From: Candidatus Humimonas hydrogenitrophica
Lineage (GTDB): Bacteria; Gemmatimonadota; Gemmatimonadetes; Palauibacterales; Palauibacteraceae
Assembly (NCBI GenBank): GCA_947581615.1
Contig: CANPVD010000068.1
Span: forward strand, 2,240-66,239
Reading direction: 5' to 3'
Length of the DNA: 64,000 bases
Each line of letters begins with the position of its first letter. The first letter of the stretch is position 1. The translations under genes and the position numbers were made by a program. Shown piece after piece: positions 48,930 to 60,148 of the stretch. The notes under the pieces were generated by a model that did not search any database, was not told where the DNA came from, and saw only the letters and a program-made list of their open reading frames with translations.

Positions 48930-49310
48930 ATGCGCAACGTGCGTCCGTGGCGTCTGGTCGCCGCCTGGGTGATCGTCATCCTGATGGCCACGACGGTTCC
49001 GTTTCCGTCGGGACTCATCGAGACGGGCCCGTTCCCCTTCGACAAGGTGGTCCACTTCGGGCTCTACGCGGTCCTGGGCTGGACGGTGCACCGCGCCGTG
49101 AGGGCGGGGGGCGGACGGCGACCGCTCTCGATCCTGGCGGCGTGGGCCGTGGGGATCGCCTTCGGCGCGCTGGACGAGCTGCACCAGCACCTGGTGCCGG
49201 GCCGGGACCCGTCGGTGGCGGACTGGGCCGCGGACGCGGCGGGCTACACGGCCGCCTTCCTGGCCTCGTCCGTGCTCGCCAGGAAGAGCTCGAGGAAGGA
49301 GCAGCGCTGA
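48930..49310 (+). CDS. VanZ family membrane protein
   Basis: ORF 48927..49310 (TTG then ATG). FDKVVHFGLYAVLGW VanZ signature. Four TM helices. Confidence 0.6.
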   Translation: MRNVRPWRLVAAWVIVILMATTVPFPSGLIETGPFPFDKVVHFGLYAVLGWTVHRAVRAGGGRRPLSILAAWAVGIAFGALDELHQHLVPGRDPSVADWAADAAGYTAAFLASSVLARKSSRKEQR

Positions 49311-49330
49311 CGGTGGAGTCAGGAGGGCAG

Positions 49331-51166
49331 GTGGAGAGACCGAGCGAGGGCAGGGAAGCGACATCGTACCGGGATGCGCGCTGCGCGACGGCCGGCCGAT
49401 CCTGGGTCGGCCGGCCGGTGCGGCTGGCCGGCTGGGTGCACCGGCGGCGCGACCTGGGCGGGCTGCTGTTCGTGGACCTGCGGGACCGGAGCGGCCTCGT
49501 GCAGCTGGTGTTCGGCGAGGACTGGACCGAGCCGGACGCGCTCGAGCTGGCGCACGGTCTGGGGCCCGAGGACGTGGTGCGCGTCGAGGGAGAGGTGGAG
49601 CTGCGCCCCGAGGAGGCGCTGAACCCCGACATGGCCACCGGGGAGATCGAGGTGCACGTCCGCCGTTTGGAACGCCTGTCGGCGGCCGACTCGCTCCCGA
49701 TCCTGGTGGCCGTGCCTCCCGAGGAGAGCCTGCCCTCCGAGGAGCTCCGGCTCCGGCATCGGTACCTGGACCTGCGCCGCCCCGGGATGGTGCGGCACTT
49801 CGAGGTTCGCCACCGGGCGGTGGCCGGTGCCCGCGCCGCGCTGGACGCTGAGGGCTTCCTGGAGGTGGAGACGCCGCTCCTCACGCGGCGCACGCCCGAG
49901 GGGGCGCGCGACTACGTGGTCCCCAGCCGGCTGCACCACGGGGAGTTCTACGCCCTTCCGCAGTCCCCGCAGCTCTACAAGCAGCTGCTCATGGTGTCGG
50001 GCTTCGACCGCTACTACCAGGTGGCGCGCTGTCTCAGGGACGAAGACCTCCGGGCCGACCGGCAGCCGGAGTTCAGCCAGATCGACGTCGAGATGTCCTT
50101 CGTCGGGGTGGACGACGTGCTCGGCGTCGGCGAGCGCATGCTGGCGGGCATGTGGCGCCAGGGCGTGGGCCTGGAGCTCGAGCTCCCCTTCCCGCGCATG
50201 ACCCACGATGAGGCCATGGAGTCGTACGGGACCGACAAGCCGGACCTGAGGATCCCTTGGCGCCTGGAGGACTTCACGGAGGCGCTCGTCGGCACCGGCT
50301 TCCGCGTCGTCGATGGCGCGGTCGAGGCCGGCGGACGCGTGCGTGGCCTGGTCGCGAAGGGCGGGGCGCGACTCTCCCGCAGCGAGGTCGACCGGCTGGC
50401 GGCGCGCGCCACCGAGCACGGAGCCGGCGGGCTCCTGTGGCTCAAGTCGAGCGAGGACGGCTGGTCGGGGCCCATGGCCCGCTTCATCGACGACGAGCGA
50501 GGCGGGCGGCTGGCCGCGGAGCACGGCGTGGAGGTCGGCGACGTCGTCCTTCTCGTGGTCGGCGGCGACGCCGAGACATCCCGCCCCCTGGACGCGGTGC
50601 GGCGCGCCGCCGGGGAGGCGCTGGACGCGGTGGACCGGAACGCGCATCGATGGCTGTGGGTCACGGACTTTCCCCTGTTCGAGCGCGACCCGGAGACGGG
50701 CCGGCCCGCGGCGGCGCATCACCCCTTCACCCTCCCCGCGACCGACGATCCGGCGCGGATCCGCGAGGACCCCTTCAGCGTGAAGGCCAGCGCCTACGAC
50801 GTGGTGTACAACGGGGCGGAGTTGTGCAGCGGAAGCATCCGTTGTCATGATCCGGTGCTCCAGAGAGCGATCCTGGCTACCCTGGGCCTCGGTTCCGAGG
50901 AGATCGAGGAACGCTTCGGCTTCCTCCTCGAGGCCTTCCGCTACGGCGTTCCGCCGCACGGGGGGTACGCGCTGGGGGTGGATCGCACCGTGATGCTCAT
51001 GCTGGGAGCCGACTCGATCCGGGAAGTCATCGCTTTTCCCAAGACCACCGCGGCACGCGGGCTCATGGAGGGCGCGCCCTCCCCGCTGGCCCCCGGGGAG
51101 CTCGAGGAGTTCGGGCTGCGCTTCGCGGAGGGGCCGGGCGCTCCGCGAGGAGCGTCGCCGTCGTGA
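49331..51166 (+). CDS. aspS: Aspartate--tRNA ligase
   Basis: In the frame of ORF 48947..51166. GTG 49331 with AGGAGG 4 nt upstream. [32 protein letters not shown] motif 1. FRDED motif 2 region. GAD insertion domain. GGYALGVDR motif 3. Confidence 0.9.
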   Translation: MERPSEGREATSYRDARCATAGRSWVGRPVRLAGWVHRRRDLGGLLFVDLRDRSGLVQLVFGEDWTEPDALELAHGLGPEDVVRVEGEVELRPEEALNPDMATGEIEVHVRRLERLSAADSLPILVAVPPEESLPSEELRLRHRYLDLRRPGMVRHFEVRHRAVAGARAALDAEGFLEVETPLLTRRTPEGARDYVVPSRLHHGEFYALPQSPQLYKQLLMVSGFDRYYQVARCLRDEDLRADRQPEFSQIDVEMSFVGVDDVLGVGERMLAGMWRQGVGLELELPFPRMTHDEAMESYGTDKPDLRIPWRLEDFTEALVGTGFRVVDGAVEAGGRVRGLVAKGGARLSRSEVDRLAARATEHGAGGLLWLKSSEDGWSGPMARFIDDERGGRLAAEHGVEVGDVVLLVVGGDAETSRPLDAVRRAAGEALDAVDRNAHRWLWVTDFPLFERDPETGRPAAAHHPFTLPATDDPARIREDPFSVKASAYDVVYNGAELCSGSIRCHDPVLQRAILATLGLGSEEIEERFGFLLEAFRYGVPPHGGYALGVDRTVMLMLGADSIREVIAFPKTTAARGLMEGAPSPLAPGELEEFGLRFAEGPGAPRGASPS

Positions 51167-52158
51167 GCGGCTCCTCGTCCGAGGCTCCCGTGGTTCGCAC
51201 GCGGCTGTCCGCCGAGGGAGCCGACCAGCTCCTTCTGGCCGGGATCAACGACGTCCACCTCTCGGCCCTCGCGGACCTGTTCGACTGCCAGGTCGTCCTC
51301 CGCAACGACGAGCTCATCCTCTCCGGTCCGGCGGAGGGCGTGGAGGCGTGCCGTTCCGTGGCCGAGCGCATGCTCGAGATGGCCCGCCTGCGCCGCTCGT
51401 TCGGGACCGAGGACATCCGGCGCATGGCCGCGATGCCCGCGCCCGGCTCCGAGAACGGCGGGGGTGCGCCGCGCGAGGACGCGCTCGTCCTGCCCGGCGT
51501 CCAGAAGGTGATCCGCCCCAAGTCGGAGGGGCAGGGCGAGTACCTCCAGGCCATCCGCGACAATGACATCGCGGTCGGCATCGGTCCCGCCGGGACCGGG
51601 AAGACCTACCTGGCCGTGGCCATGGGGGTGGCCACGCTGTACCGGAAGCGGGTGCGGCGCATCATCCTCACCCGCCCGGCGGTGGAGGCCGGCGAGGCCC
51701 TGGGCTTCCTGCCCGGGGACATCCGCGAGAAGGTGGATCCGTACCTGCGGCCGCTGTACGACGCGCTGGAGGACATGATGCCGCCGGAGCGCGTGCGGCG
51801 GGCCATCGAGGAGCACACCATCGAGATCGCGCCGCTCGCCTACATGCGCGGCCGGACCCTCTCGGACGCCTTCATCATCCTGGACGAGGCCCAGAACGCC
51901 ACCACCTCCCAGATGAAGATGTTCCTGACCCGCCTGGGCCTGAACTCGCGGACCGTCATCACGGGTGACAAGACGCAGATCGACCTGGCCCGTCCCGAGG
52001 ACTCGGGCCTGCTCGAGATCGAGGAGATCCTCACCGGGATCGAGGGCATCGAGTTCGTCTACCTCACGGACCGGGACGTCGTCCGTCACCGGCTCGTGAA
52101 GGACATCATCCGGGCCTACGCGGAGAGGGGCGGCGAGACGGGCCGCCGGGACGGATGA
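51163..52158 (+). CDS. phoH: PhoH-like ATPase
   Basis: GTG overlaps the asp[12 protein letters not shown] Walker A. ILDEAQN. Confidence 0.85.
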   Translation: MSGSSSEAPVVRTRLSAEGADQLLLAGINDVHLSALADLFDCQVVLRNDELILSGPAEGVEACRSVAERMLEMARLRRSFGTEDIRRMAAMPAPGSENGGGAPREDALVLPGVQKVIRPKSEGQGEYLQAIRDNDIAVGIGPAGTGKTYLAVAMGVATLYRKRVRRIILTRPAVEAGEALGFLPGDIREKVDPYLRPLYDALEDMMPPERVRRAIEEHTIEIAPLAYMRGRTLSDAFIILDEAQNATTSQMKMFLTRLGLNSRTVITGDKTQIDLARPEDSGLLEIEEILTGIEGIEFVYLTDRDVVRHRLVKDIIRAYAERGGETGRRDG

Positions 52159-52162
52159 GGCG

Positions 52163-54535
52163 GTGAGCCTCGGCTCGGCGGCCATCCGCTGGCGTCGCGC
52201 GCTGCGATCCCTCAGCGGCTCGCCCGGGAGCGACTGGCGCTCCCTGCTGGTGCACCACGGCGTTCGCGCCGGCTTCGTGGTGGGCGCGGCGGTGCTGCTG
52301 CCTTTCCTCTTCCCGCGCACGTCGCTGCCCAGCTTCGCCCACCTCGAGGAGGGCATGGTCGCCCCCGAGGACGTCATCGCGCGGGTGCCGTTCCAGGTCA
52401 TGAAGGACCCATCCGAGCTGGCGGTCGAGCGCGAGGAGGCCGCCAGCAGCGTGGCCCCCATCCTGACCCTCGACCCCGCGGCCGCGGACTCGGCGGCCAC
52501 CGACGCGATCCGGCTGTTCACGCAGGTGGACAGCGCCGCCCGGACGCCCGGCGCCGATACCTCCTCCATCCGGGGCGTGCTCGCGCAGGCCGGGGTGACG
52601 CCCACCCCCGAGCAGCTCCAGTACCTGGCCTCCTCGGGACGGCGGTCCCGGCTCCGGGACGCCCTCGTGTCGGCGTACCGAACCCTGTTGCCACGGGGGG
52701 TGGTGAGCCGGGGTGAGCTCGGAGACGTGAGCGCCGGACAGGTGGTCGTGCGCAGCCAGAAGGGGGACCGCCTGGTGGCCCGGGACTCCCTGCTGACGAC
52801 CGGCGGTTTCTACGAGCGTGCCGCGGCCCGCGAGTCGGAGGAGCTCGGCCCCACGGGGCAGCAGCTCTTCCAGACGCTCCTCGTCCGCTACGTGCAGCCC
52901 ACCCTGCGGCTGGACAACGCCGCCACCCGGGCCGCCCGCCAGCAGAACCGGGACGCCGTGCGGGCGGTGGAGGGGTCGGTGCTGCAGGGCGAGCGCATCG
53001 TGGCCGCCCACGAACGCGTGAGCCGGGACCAGGTGCGAAAGCTCCGCGCCTACGAGGCGGAGCTGCGGCGCCAGGGCCAGGTGACCGGCGGCTATACGCC
53101 GCTGCGCACGGCGGGCTCGGTGCTGTACGGCGTGCTGATCCTGGGCCTCCTGGCCGCCGTCCTCCTGTCGCTGCGGCCGCGCATCTACCGGGACCTGCGC
53201 GGCTTCGTCCTCGTCGTCGGCCTCGCCTTCACCGTGGTCGTGGCGGGCGGGTATGCGGCGAGCGCCGCCATGCCGGCGGTCGCGGTTCCGGTGGCCTTCG
53301 CCGCGCTCGTGGTGGGCGCCCTGTACGACGGCCTCCTCGGCGTGATCGTGGCGGCGGTGGTGGCGGCGCTGGCCGCCGGGCAGCCGCCCCTGGCCGGGTC
53401 GACGACGCCCTTCCTCACCTTCGTGGCCGGGGCGGCGGCGGCGATGGGGGTGCGCGGGGTGCGGCGGCGATCGGACAGCTGGATTCTCCTGGCCGTGGTG
53501 ACGGCCGCGTACGTGGTCGGCGCGTCCAGCCTCGCGCTGACGCGCTCGCTGCCGCTCCACTCCCTGCTGGTCACGGCGGGGTGGGGAGGACTCAACGCCG
53601 CCCTGTCGACAGTGGTGGCCATGGGGCTGGCCGTGCCGGCGCTCGAGAGCTTCACGGGCATCATCACGGACCAGACCCTGCTCGAGCTCTCCGACCTGGA
53701 CCGGCCGCTGCTGCGCAGGCTGTCGCGGGAGGCGCCCGGCACCTACGCCCACTCGATCGGAGCGGCCAACCTGGCCGAGGCGGCCTGCTCGGCCATCGGC
53801 GCCAACGCGCTGCTGGCCCGCGTGGGCGTGTACTATCACGACATCGGCAAGATGGCCCGGCCGCAGTTCTTCATCGAGAACCAGCCCCCGGGCCGCAACC
53901 CGCACGACCGGCTTCCGCCGGAGAAGAGCGTGGAGGTGCTGCGCGAGCACGTGCGCGAGGGGCTGCGCCTGGCAGAGGAGGCCCGGCTGCCGGGGGCGAT
54001 CCGCGACTTCATCGCACAGCACCACGGCTCGCAGCGGATCAGCTTCTTCTTCGAGAAGGCGCGTCAGCAGGGCAGGGACCCGGACCCCGAGGCTTACCGG
54101 TACGAGGGTCCGAGGCCGCGCGGAAAGGAGACCACGGTCGTGATGCTGGCCGACGCCGTCGAGTCGGCCACCCGTACGCTTTCCGACCCGACGCCGTCCG
54201 GCATCCGGACCCTGATCGAGCGACTGACGCGGGGCCGGCTCGAAGAGGGCCAGTTTGACGAGAGCCCGATCACGCTGGGGGAGCTGGTCCAGGTCAAGGA
54301 GGAGTTCGCCCGGGTGCTGATCGGCATGTACCACCGCAGGATCGACTATCCCGGCTCCGACACGGCCCCGCCCGCCGCCGAGGAAGCCGGGCCAAAGGAA
54401 GCCGGGGACGCCGAGCAGCCCGAGGAGGCCGGCGAGCCCGTGCGGGCCGCGGAGGCCCGGAGGCCCGGGGAGACCGCGAAGCCCGGGCCCGACGGCGACC
54501 GGCCCGCGGAGCGCCCCCCGCACGTGGGGACGTGA
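52163..54535 (+). CDS. 7TM-HD membrane phosphohydrolase (YqfF/PgpH-like)
   Basis: GTG 4 nt after the phoH stop. Extracellular N-terminal domain. Seven TM helices. HD domain HSIGAANLAE..YYHDIGK. Confidence 0.75.
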   Translation: MSLGSAAIRWRRALRSLSGSPGSDWRSLLVHHGVRAGFVVGAAVLLPFLFPRTSLPSFAHLEEGMVAPEDVIARVPFQVMKDPSELAVEREEAASSVAPILTLDPAAADSAATDAIRLFTQVDSAARTPGADTSSIRGVLAQAGVTPTPEQLQYLASSGRRSRLRDALVSAYRTLLPRGVVSRGELGDVSAGQVVVRSQKGDRLVARDSLLTTGGFYERAAARESEELGPTGQQLFQTLLVRYVQPTLRLDNAATRAARQQNRDAVRAVEGSVLQGERIVAAHERVSRDQVRKLRAYEAELRRQGQVTGGYTPLRTAGSVLYGVLILGLLAAVLLSLRPRIYRDLRGFVLVVGLAFTVVVAGGYAASAAMPAVAVPVAFAALVVGALYDGLLGVIVAAVVAALAAGQPPLAGSTTPFLTFVAGAAAAMGVRGVRRRSDSWILLAVVTAAYVVGASSLALTRSLPLHSLLVTAGWGGLNAALSTVVAMGLAVPALESFTGIITDQTLLELSDLDRPLLRRLSREAPGTYAHSIGAANLAEAACSAIGANALLARVGVYYHDIGKMARPQFFIENQPPGRNPHDRLPPEKSVEVLREHVREGLRLAEEARLPGAIRDFIAQHHGSQRISFFFEKARQQGRDPDPEAYRYEGPRPRGKETTVVMLADAVESATRTLSDPTPSGIRTLIERLTRGRLEEGQFDESPITLGELVQVKEEFARVLIGMYHRRIDYPGSDTAPPAAEEAGPKEAGDAEQPEEAGEPVRAAEARRPGETAKPGPDGDRPAERPPHVGT

Positions 54536-55011
54536 CGGTAGGGGTCCGGATCGAGCTGTCCGGGCTCGAGGCCTGGCCCTCGCTGGCGGAGACCGGCCCC
54601 CCCGTGCTGCGCGGGATCCGCCTGGCCCTCGAGGCCGCCGGCGCGCCGCTCCGGGGCGAGGTCTCCCTGGCTTTCGTCGACGCACGCGCCATGGCGGAGC
54701 TCAACCGGCGGTGGCTGGACCGGGAGGGGCCGACCGACGTGATCGCCTTCGACCTGGGCGAGCCCGGCGCCGACGGCGTCCGCGAGCTGGTCGGCGACGT
54801 GTACGTGTGCCCCGACGTGGCCGTGGCCGCCTCGGCCGAGCCCGGAGGACCCGGGCCCGCGGAGGAGTTGGTCCGCCTGGCGATCCACGGTGTCCTCCAC
54901 GTCCTCGGGCACGACCACCCGGAGGACGGGACGCGCTGGGAGTGCGACATGTACCGGCTCCAGGAGAGCCTCCTGGCGCGGGCGCTGGAGGCCGGCGACC
55001 GAGAGACCTGA
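54532..55011 (+). CDS. ybeY: rRNA maturation endoribonuclease YbeY
   Basis: GTG overlaps the upstream TGA. HGVLHVLGHDH zinc motif. Confidence 0.85.
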   Translation: MTVGVRIELSGLEAWPSLAETGPPVLRGIRLALEAAGAPLRGEVSLAFVDARAMAELNRRWLDREGPTDVIAFDLGEPGADGVRELVGDVYVCPDVAVAASAEPGGPGPAEELVRLAIHGVLHVLGHDHPEDGTRWECDMYRLQESLLARALEAGDRET

Positions 55012-55026
55012 GAGGGGAGGCGCCCG

Positions 55027-55677
55027 ATGCTGAGCCGACTGCGACGCTACCTGGTCACGGGTCTCATCGTGGTGGCCCCGATCGGGATGACGGTGTGGGT
55101 GCTGGTGTGGCTGTTCGAGCACCTGGACGCCATCCTCGGGCAGTGGCTGCCCGTCCCGGTCCGCTTCCCCGGCGTGGGCCTCCTGGCGCTCCTGGTCATT
55201 CTCCTGTTCGTGGGCTGGATGCTGCGCTGGGCCGTGGGGCGCCGGCTGGTGAGCTGGTGGAACCGCCTCCTGTCCCGGCTGCCGCTCACCCGCCGGGTGT
55301 ACAACGCCTCCTCCCAGATCGTCCAGTCGCTCCTGGACCGGGACGAGAACGTCTTCCAGAGCGTGGCGCTGATCGAGTACCCCTCCCCGGGGTCGTACGC
55401 GATCGTGTTGGTGACGGCTCCGGCGCCGAGCTCGGTGGGCAGGCTGCATCCCGGAGAGGATCTGGTGAGCGCGTTCCTGCCGACCACGCCCAACCCCACG
55501 ACCGGCTACCTGCTCCTGGTGCCGGCCGAGCGGCTCAAGATCGTGGACATGACCGTCGAGGACGCCATGAAGTTCATCATCTCCGCCGGTGTGGTGGCGC
55601 CCGAGCCCGACCAGCCCCGGATGCGAGGCCTCAACGTCGAGCGGCTCATCCGTGACGCCGGGAAGCGCCGCCCGTGA
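55027..55677 (+). CDS. DUF502 domain membrane protein
   Basis: Two N-terminal TM helices. Conserved YLLLVPAERL and DMTVEDAMKFIISAG blocks. Confidence 0.6.
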   Translation: MLSRLRRYLVTGLIVVAPIGMTVWVLVWLFEHLDAILGQWLPVPVRFPGVGLLALLVILLFVGWMLRWAVGRRLVSWWNRLLSRLPLTRRVYNASSQIVQSLLDRDENVFQSVALIEYPSPGSYAIVLVTAPAPSSVGRLHPGEDLVSAFLPTTPNPTTGYLLLVPAERLKIVDMTVEDAMKFIISAGVVAPEPDQPRMRGLNVERLIRDAGKRRP

Positions 55678-57020
55678 GCGAACGTCCGTCGGCCGAGGAG
55701 ACGCGCTCCACCGTCGTGCGCATGCTGACCTCCGGAGACGACGAAAGTCTCCGCGCGTACGCGGCCTCCCTGCATCCCAGCGACCTGGCCGACGTCCTCG
55801 AGCACCTGGAGGAGTCCGACCGGGTGCGGCTGCTGTCCCTCCTCCCCGCCGGGCCCGCCTCGGACGCCCTGGCCGAAATGGAGGACGTCGAGCAGCCCGG
55901 CGCCCTGCTCGCCCAGCTCGAACCCGCGCGCATCGCGGAGCTGGTCTCCGAGCTGGCGGACGACGACGCCGCGGACCTGATCGGCGAGCTCGAGCCGGAG
56001 GACCAGGCGCGCGTCCTGGCCTCCGTGCACGACCCGGTCGAGATCGAGGAGCTCCTCCACTATCCGCCGGAGACGGCCGGCGGGATCATGACGCGGGAGC
56101 TCGTGGCCGTGTCCTCGGAGCTCACGGCCGGGGCTGCCCTGGCATCCATCCGGCGCCAGGCGGCCCAGGTGGACGAGTTCTTCACGATCTTCGTCGTGGA
56201 CCCCGACGGGCGGCTGCGGGGCGTGGCCAGCCTGCAGGGCCTGGTGCTCAGCGACCCGGACCGGCCCATCACGGAGCTCGTGGAGGAGCCTCCCGCCGTG
56301 GTGCCGGTCCACATGGACCAGGAGGAGGTGGGCCGGATCCTGTCACGCTACAACCTGGTCTCCATCGGCGTGCTGGACCCGCTGGGTCGCCTGGTGGGCC
56401 GCGTCACCTTCGACGACGTCATCGACGTCATCGAGGCCGAGACGACCGAGGACATCCTGCGCTTCGCCTCGGTGTCCGAGGAGGAGGAGCTGCGGGGCTC
56501 CACGCGCGACGCGGTCCGCAGCCGGCTGCCGTGGCTGCTCATCAACCTGCTCACCGCGGTGATGGCGGCGGCCGTCGTGTACCTGTTCCAGGGCACGATC
56601 CGCCAGCTGGTCCTCCTGGCGGTGGCCATGCCGATCATCGCGGGCATGGGGGGAAACGCCGGCACCCAGGCTCTGGCGGTGACGGTGCGGCGCATCGCGC
56701 TCTCGGACGAGACGACCCGGGAGCTATGGAGCGTGGTGGGGAAGGAGCTGCTGGTCGGGCTCATCAACGGGCTGGTGCTGGGGCTGATCGGGGCGCTGGC
56801 GGGCGTCCTCCTGGCGGGGAGGCCCCTGTTCGGGCTCGTCGTGCTCCTGGCCATGTGGGGGAACCTGGTCGTGGCCGGGTTCGCCGGCGCCTTCATCCCC
56901 ATCTTCCTGGAGAGCGTGGGGGTGGACCCGGCCGTGGCCTCCTCGATCTTCGTCACCACCTTCACGGATCTGTGCGGCTTCTTCCTGCTCCTGGGGCTGG
57001 CCACGGTCGTGCTGCTGTGA
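55674..57020 (+). CDS. mgtE: Magnesium transporter MgtE
   Basis: GTG overlaps the upstream TGA. N-domain. Tandem CBS domains. C-terminal 5-TM MgtE domain (GMGGNAGTQ). Confidence 0.85.
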   Translation: MSERPSAEETRSTVVRMLTSGDDESLRAYAASLHPSDLADVLEHLEESDRVRLLSLLPAGPASDALAEMEDVEQPGALLAQLEPARIAELVSELADDDAADLIGELEPEDQARVLASVHDPVEIEELLHYPPETAGGIMTRELVAVSSELTAGAALASIRRQAAQVDEFFTIFVVDPDGRLRGVASLQGLVLSDPDRPITELVEEPPAVVPVHMDQEEVGRILSRYNLVSIGVLDPLGRLVGRVTFDDVIDVIEAETTEDILRFASVSEEEELRGSTRDAVRSRLPWLLINLLTAVMAAAVVYLFQGTIRQLVLLAVAMPIIAGMGGNAGTQALAVTVRRIALSDETTRELWSVVGKELLVGLINGLVLGLIGALAGVLLAGRPLFGLVVLLAMWGNLVVAGFAGAFIPIFLESVGVDPAVASSIFVTTFTDLCGFFLLLGLATVVLL

Positions 57021-57096
57021 GCGGGGTGCCCGCGGCCCGTGGGCGGCCGCCGCGGCGATTGCCGCGTCCGGAGCGGGGCGCCAACTTGGAGCCGCG

Positions 57097-58266
57097 ATGA
57101 GCACGAGGACGGAGGACGGGACGGAGGACGGGACGGAGGCGCCGGAGACGCGGCGCGAGAGGGCCGCGAAGGTCCCGACGCCGGGCGGCTCGGGCGGCGA
57201 GGAGCTGCCCGAGCGCTTCGTCGTCGTCGCACGCCGCTTCCGGGCCGGGGACCCGCGCGGGCTCGCCCGGGCCATCACCCTGGTCGAGAACGAGGTGCCG
57301 GGCTTCGAGCGGCTCCTGGACGAGCTCCACGAGGGAGTGGGCCGCGCCCGCCGCATCGGCATCACGGGCCCTCCGGGGGCGGGCAAGTCGACCCTGACCG
57401 CCGCTCTGACGCGCCTGTTCCGCGCCCGCGGACTCACGGTTGGGATCGTGGCCGTGGACCCGACCAGCCCGTTCACGGGCGGGGCCCTGCTCGGGGACCG
57501 GGTGCGGATGACCGACCTGGCCACCGAGGAGGGGATCTTCATCCGCTCGATGGCCAGCCGCGGCTCCCTGGGCGGCATGGCCACCGCCAGCCGCGAGGCG
57601 GCCGACCTCATGGACGCGTTCGGATTCGACCGGATCCTCCTGGAGACGGTGGGTGTCGGCCAGTCGGAGCTCGAGGTGGCCCAGGCGTGCGACACGGCCG
57701 TGGTCGTGCTGGTGCCCGAGTCGGGCGACGGCATCCAGGCCATGAAGGCCGGCCTCATGGAGGTGGCCGACCTGTTCGTGATCAACAAGGCGGACCGCCC
57801 CGGGGCCGACCGGCTGGCGGCCGAGATCGCCATCATGCAGCGCATCCGGGCCGGCCGGACGCCGGGCGGCGGGACGGGCCACCACGGGGCGGGGTCGGCC
57901 GCGGCCGGCGACGGTGGTGACGCCCGGGCCGGCGAGGTGGAGACCGGCCGCCGCGAGGCGCCCGTGCTGCAGACGGCCGCCTCGAAGGGGGAGGGGATCG
58001 AGGCGCTGGCCGGCGCGCTGGATGAGCACTTCGGGTTCCTGGAAGACACGGGAGCCCTGGAGCTGCGCCGCCGCGAGCACCTGGTCGAGCACGCGCGCTC
58101 CGTGCTGCGCCGCCGGTTCGAGCGTCGGGCGGACCGGCTGTGGAGGGAGCGCGGGTCGGAGATGGAGGAGGCGCTCGGGGCGGGCCGGCTGAGCCCGTAC
58201 GCGGCGGCCGATGCCGTCGAGCGGGCGGCCGCCGATGCCGTGGAACCGGCGACCGACGAGGACTGA
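57097..58266 (+). CDS. meaB: Methylmalonyl-CoA mutase-associated G-protein chaperone MeaB/ArgK
   Basis: GPPGAGKST P-loop. VINKAD. DxxG. SIMIBI-class signature. Confidence 0.85.
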   Translation: MSTRTEDGTEDGTEAPETRRERAAKVPTPGGSGGEELPERFVVVARRFRAGDPRGLARAITLVENEVPGFERLLDELHEGVGRARRIGITGPPGAGKSTLTAALTRLFRARGLTVGIVAVDPTSPFTGGALLGDRVRMTDLATEEGIFIRSMASRGSLGGMATASREAADLMDAFGFDRILLETVGVGQSELEVAQACDTAVVVLVPESGDGIQAMKAGLMEVADLFVINKADRPGADRLAAEIAIMQRIRAGRTPGGGTGHHGAGSAAAGDGGDARAGEVETGRREAPVLQTAASKGEGIEALAGALDEHFGFLEDTGALELRRREHLVEHARSVLRRRFERRADRLWRERGSEMEEALGAGRLSPYAAADAVERAAADAVEPATDED

Positions 58267-58380
58267 CCGCCCGCCCGCGCCGGGAACGCGGCGCTGCGGG
58301 GACCGTATAGCTAGTGGGCCGCCGCCGGGTCTCTTCCCGGTACCGGGCGGCCGGGTGCACACCAGGCTGGGAGCCACCCC

Positions 58381-60105
58381 ATGGGAAGCGTGATGGACGA
58401 TACCCGGTCCCGGGAGGCGCTCGAGCGCGAGCTCGAGGCCCGGGAGAGCGAGGTCGAGGCGCTGCGCGCGGAGCTCGCGAGCTGGCGCGAGGCCTACGAG
58501 GCCGTCCCCAAGCGGGGCGACGCGGCTGGCTTCACGACCGTGTCGGGCCGGAAGGTGGCGCCCCTGTATACGCCGCTGGACCGGGACGGGTTCGACTACG
58601 CGCGGGACCTGGGCTTCCCGGGCGAGTTCCCGTTCACGCGGGGCCCCTACCACAGCATGTACCGCACCCGGCTGTGGACCATGCGGCAGTTCTCCGGCTT
58701 CGCCACCGCCGAGGAGACGAACGAGCGCTACAAGTTCCTGCTCGAGCGCGGCCAGACCGGGCTCTCCGTCGCCTTCGACTTCCCGACCCTCATGGGCTAC
58801 GACTCCGACGACCGCCTGTCGGAGGGCGAGGTGGGGAAGTGCGGCGTGGCGATCACGAGCCTGGCCGACATGGAGACGCTGTTCGACGGCATCCCGCTGA
58901 GCGACGTGTCGGTGTCGATGACCATCAACGGGCCGGCCATCATGCTGTACTGCTTCCTGCTGGTGGCGGCCGAGAAGCAGGGGGTGCCGTTCGAGGAGGT
59001 CCAGGGCACGATCCAGAACGACATCCTCAAGGAGTACATGGCGCAGCACGCCTGGATCTACCCGCCCGAGCCGGCCCTCAAGCTCATCGTCGACACGTTC
59101 GAGTGGTCGGCCGAGCACGCGCCCAAGTTCAACACGATCTCGATCTCCGGCTACCACATCCGGGAGGCCGGCGCCACGGCCGCCCAGGAGCTGGCCTACA
59201 CCCTGAAGAACGGCTTCACCTACGTGGAGCGGGGGATGGAGCGCGGGCTGGACGTGGACGCCTTCGCCCCGCGGCTGTCCTTCTTCTGGGACGTCCACAA
59301 CGACTTCTTCGAGGAGATCGCCAAGTTCCGGGCGGCGCGCCGCATCTGGGCCCGTCACCTGCGCGAGGTCTACGGGGCGCGTGAGCCCGAGAGCTGGCGG
59401 CTCAGGACGCACGCGCAGACGGCCGGCGTGACGCTCACCGCCCAGCAGCCCGTGAACAACGTGGCCCGGGTGGCCTACCAGGCCATGGCCGCGGTCCTGG
59501 GCGGCACGCAGTCGCTGCACACCAACGCCCTCGACGAGACGCTCGCCCTCCCCACCGAGCAGGCGGTGCGCGTGGCGCTCCGCACCCAGCAGATTCTCGC
59601 CTACGAGACCGGGGTCGCCCACTCGATCGACCCCCTGGCGGGATCCTACTACGTGGAACGGCTCACGGACGAGCTCGAGGAGGAGGCCGAGGAGATCTTC
59701 CGGGAGATCGACTCCCTGGGCGGCGTCGTCTCCGGGATCGAGAACGGTTACTTCCAGTCCCAGATCGCCGCCTCCTCGCGCCGCTTCCAGGCGGAGGCCG
59801 AGTCCGGCGAGCGGGTGGTCGTGGGCGTGAACGAGTTCGTGGAGGACGAGGAGACCCCGATCGAGATCCTCAAGATCGGCGAGGAGGCGGCCGAGAAGCA
59901 GGAGGCGCGCCTGGCCGCCCTGCGAGAGCGCCGCGACGGGGCGGAGGTCGAGCGCCTGCTGGACCGCCTGGGCGAGGCGGCCCGGGCCGACGAGAACCTC
60001 ATGCCCCCCATGCTGGACGCCGTCCGCGCCTACGCCACCCTGGGCGAGATCCGGGCCACCCTGGAGGAGGTGTACGGCAGGTTCCAGGAGCCGGTGAGCT
60101 TCTGA
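58381..60105 (+). CDS. Acyl-CoA mutase family catalytic (large, TIM-barrel) subunit lacking a fused B12-binding domain (methylmalonyl-/isobutyryl-CoA mutase-like)
   Basis: [52 protein letters not shown] is the mutase substrate barrel. The 574 aa protein ends before any Rossmann DxHxxG B12 domain. Confidence 0.8.
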   Translation: MGSVMDDTRSREALERELEARESEVEALRAELASWREAYEAVPKRGDAAGFTTVSGRKVAPLYTPLDRDGFDYARDLGFPGEFPFTRGPYHSMYRTRLWTMRQFSGFATAEETNERYKFLLERGQTGLSVAFDFPTLMGYDSDDRLSEGEVGKCGVAITSLADMETLFDGIPLSDVSVSMTINGPAIMLYCFLLVAAEKQGVPFEEVQGTIQNDILKEYMAQHAWIYPPEPALKLIVDTFEWSAEHAPKFNTISISGYHIREAGATAAQELAYTLKNGFTYVERGMERGLDVDAFAPRLSFFWDVHNDFFEEIAKFRAARRIWARHLREVYGAREPESWRLRTHAQTAGVTLTAQQPVNNVARVAYQAMAAVLGGTQSLHTNALDETLALPTEQAVRVALRTQQILAYETGVAHSIDPLAGSYYVERLTDELEEEAEEIFREIDSLGGVVSGIENGYFQSQIAASSRRFQAEAESGERVVVGVNEFVEDEETPIEILKIGEEAAEKQEARLAALRERRDGAEVERLLDRLGEAARADENLMPPMLDAVRAYATLGEIRATLEEVYGRFQEPVSF

Positions 60106-60148
60106 CCAGTCGGCTGCCCGAGCCCGAAGGCCTCAGCCCATTCCGTCG

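Noticed and set aside
52106-54685. 859-aa minus-strand ORF opposite the 7TM-HD gene
   Set aside because: Low-complexity RGPA-rich. The plus strand has a clear HD-domain protein.
57097-57150. Tandem repeat ACGGAGGACGGG x2 (TEDGTEDGTE) at the meaB N-terminus
   Set aside because: Short two-copy in-frame repeat in a disordered N-terminal tail. No evidence of a regulatory or slippage role.
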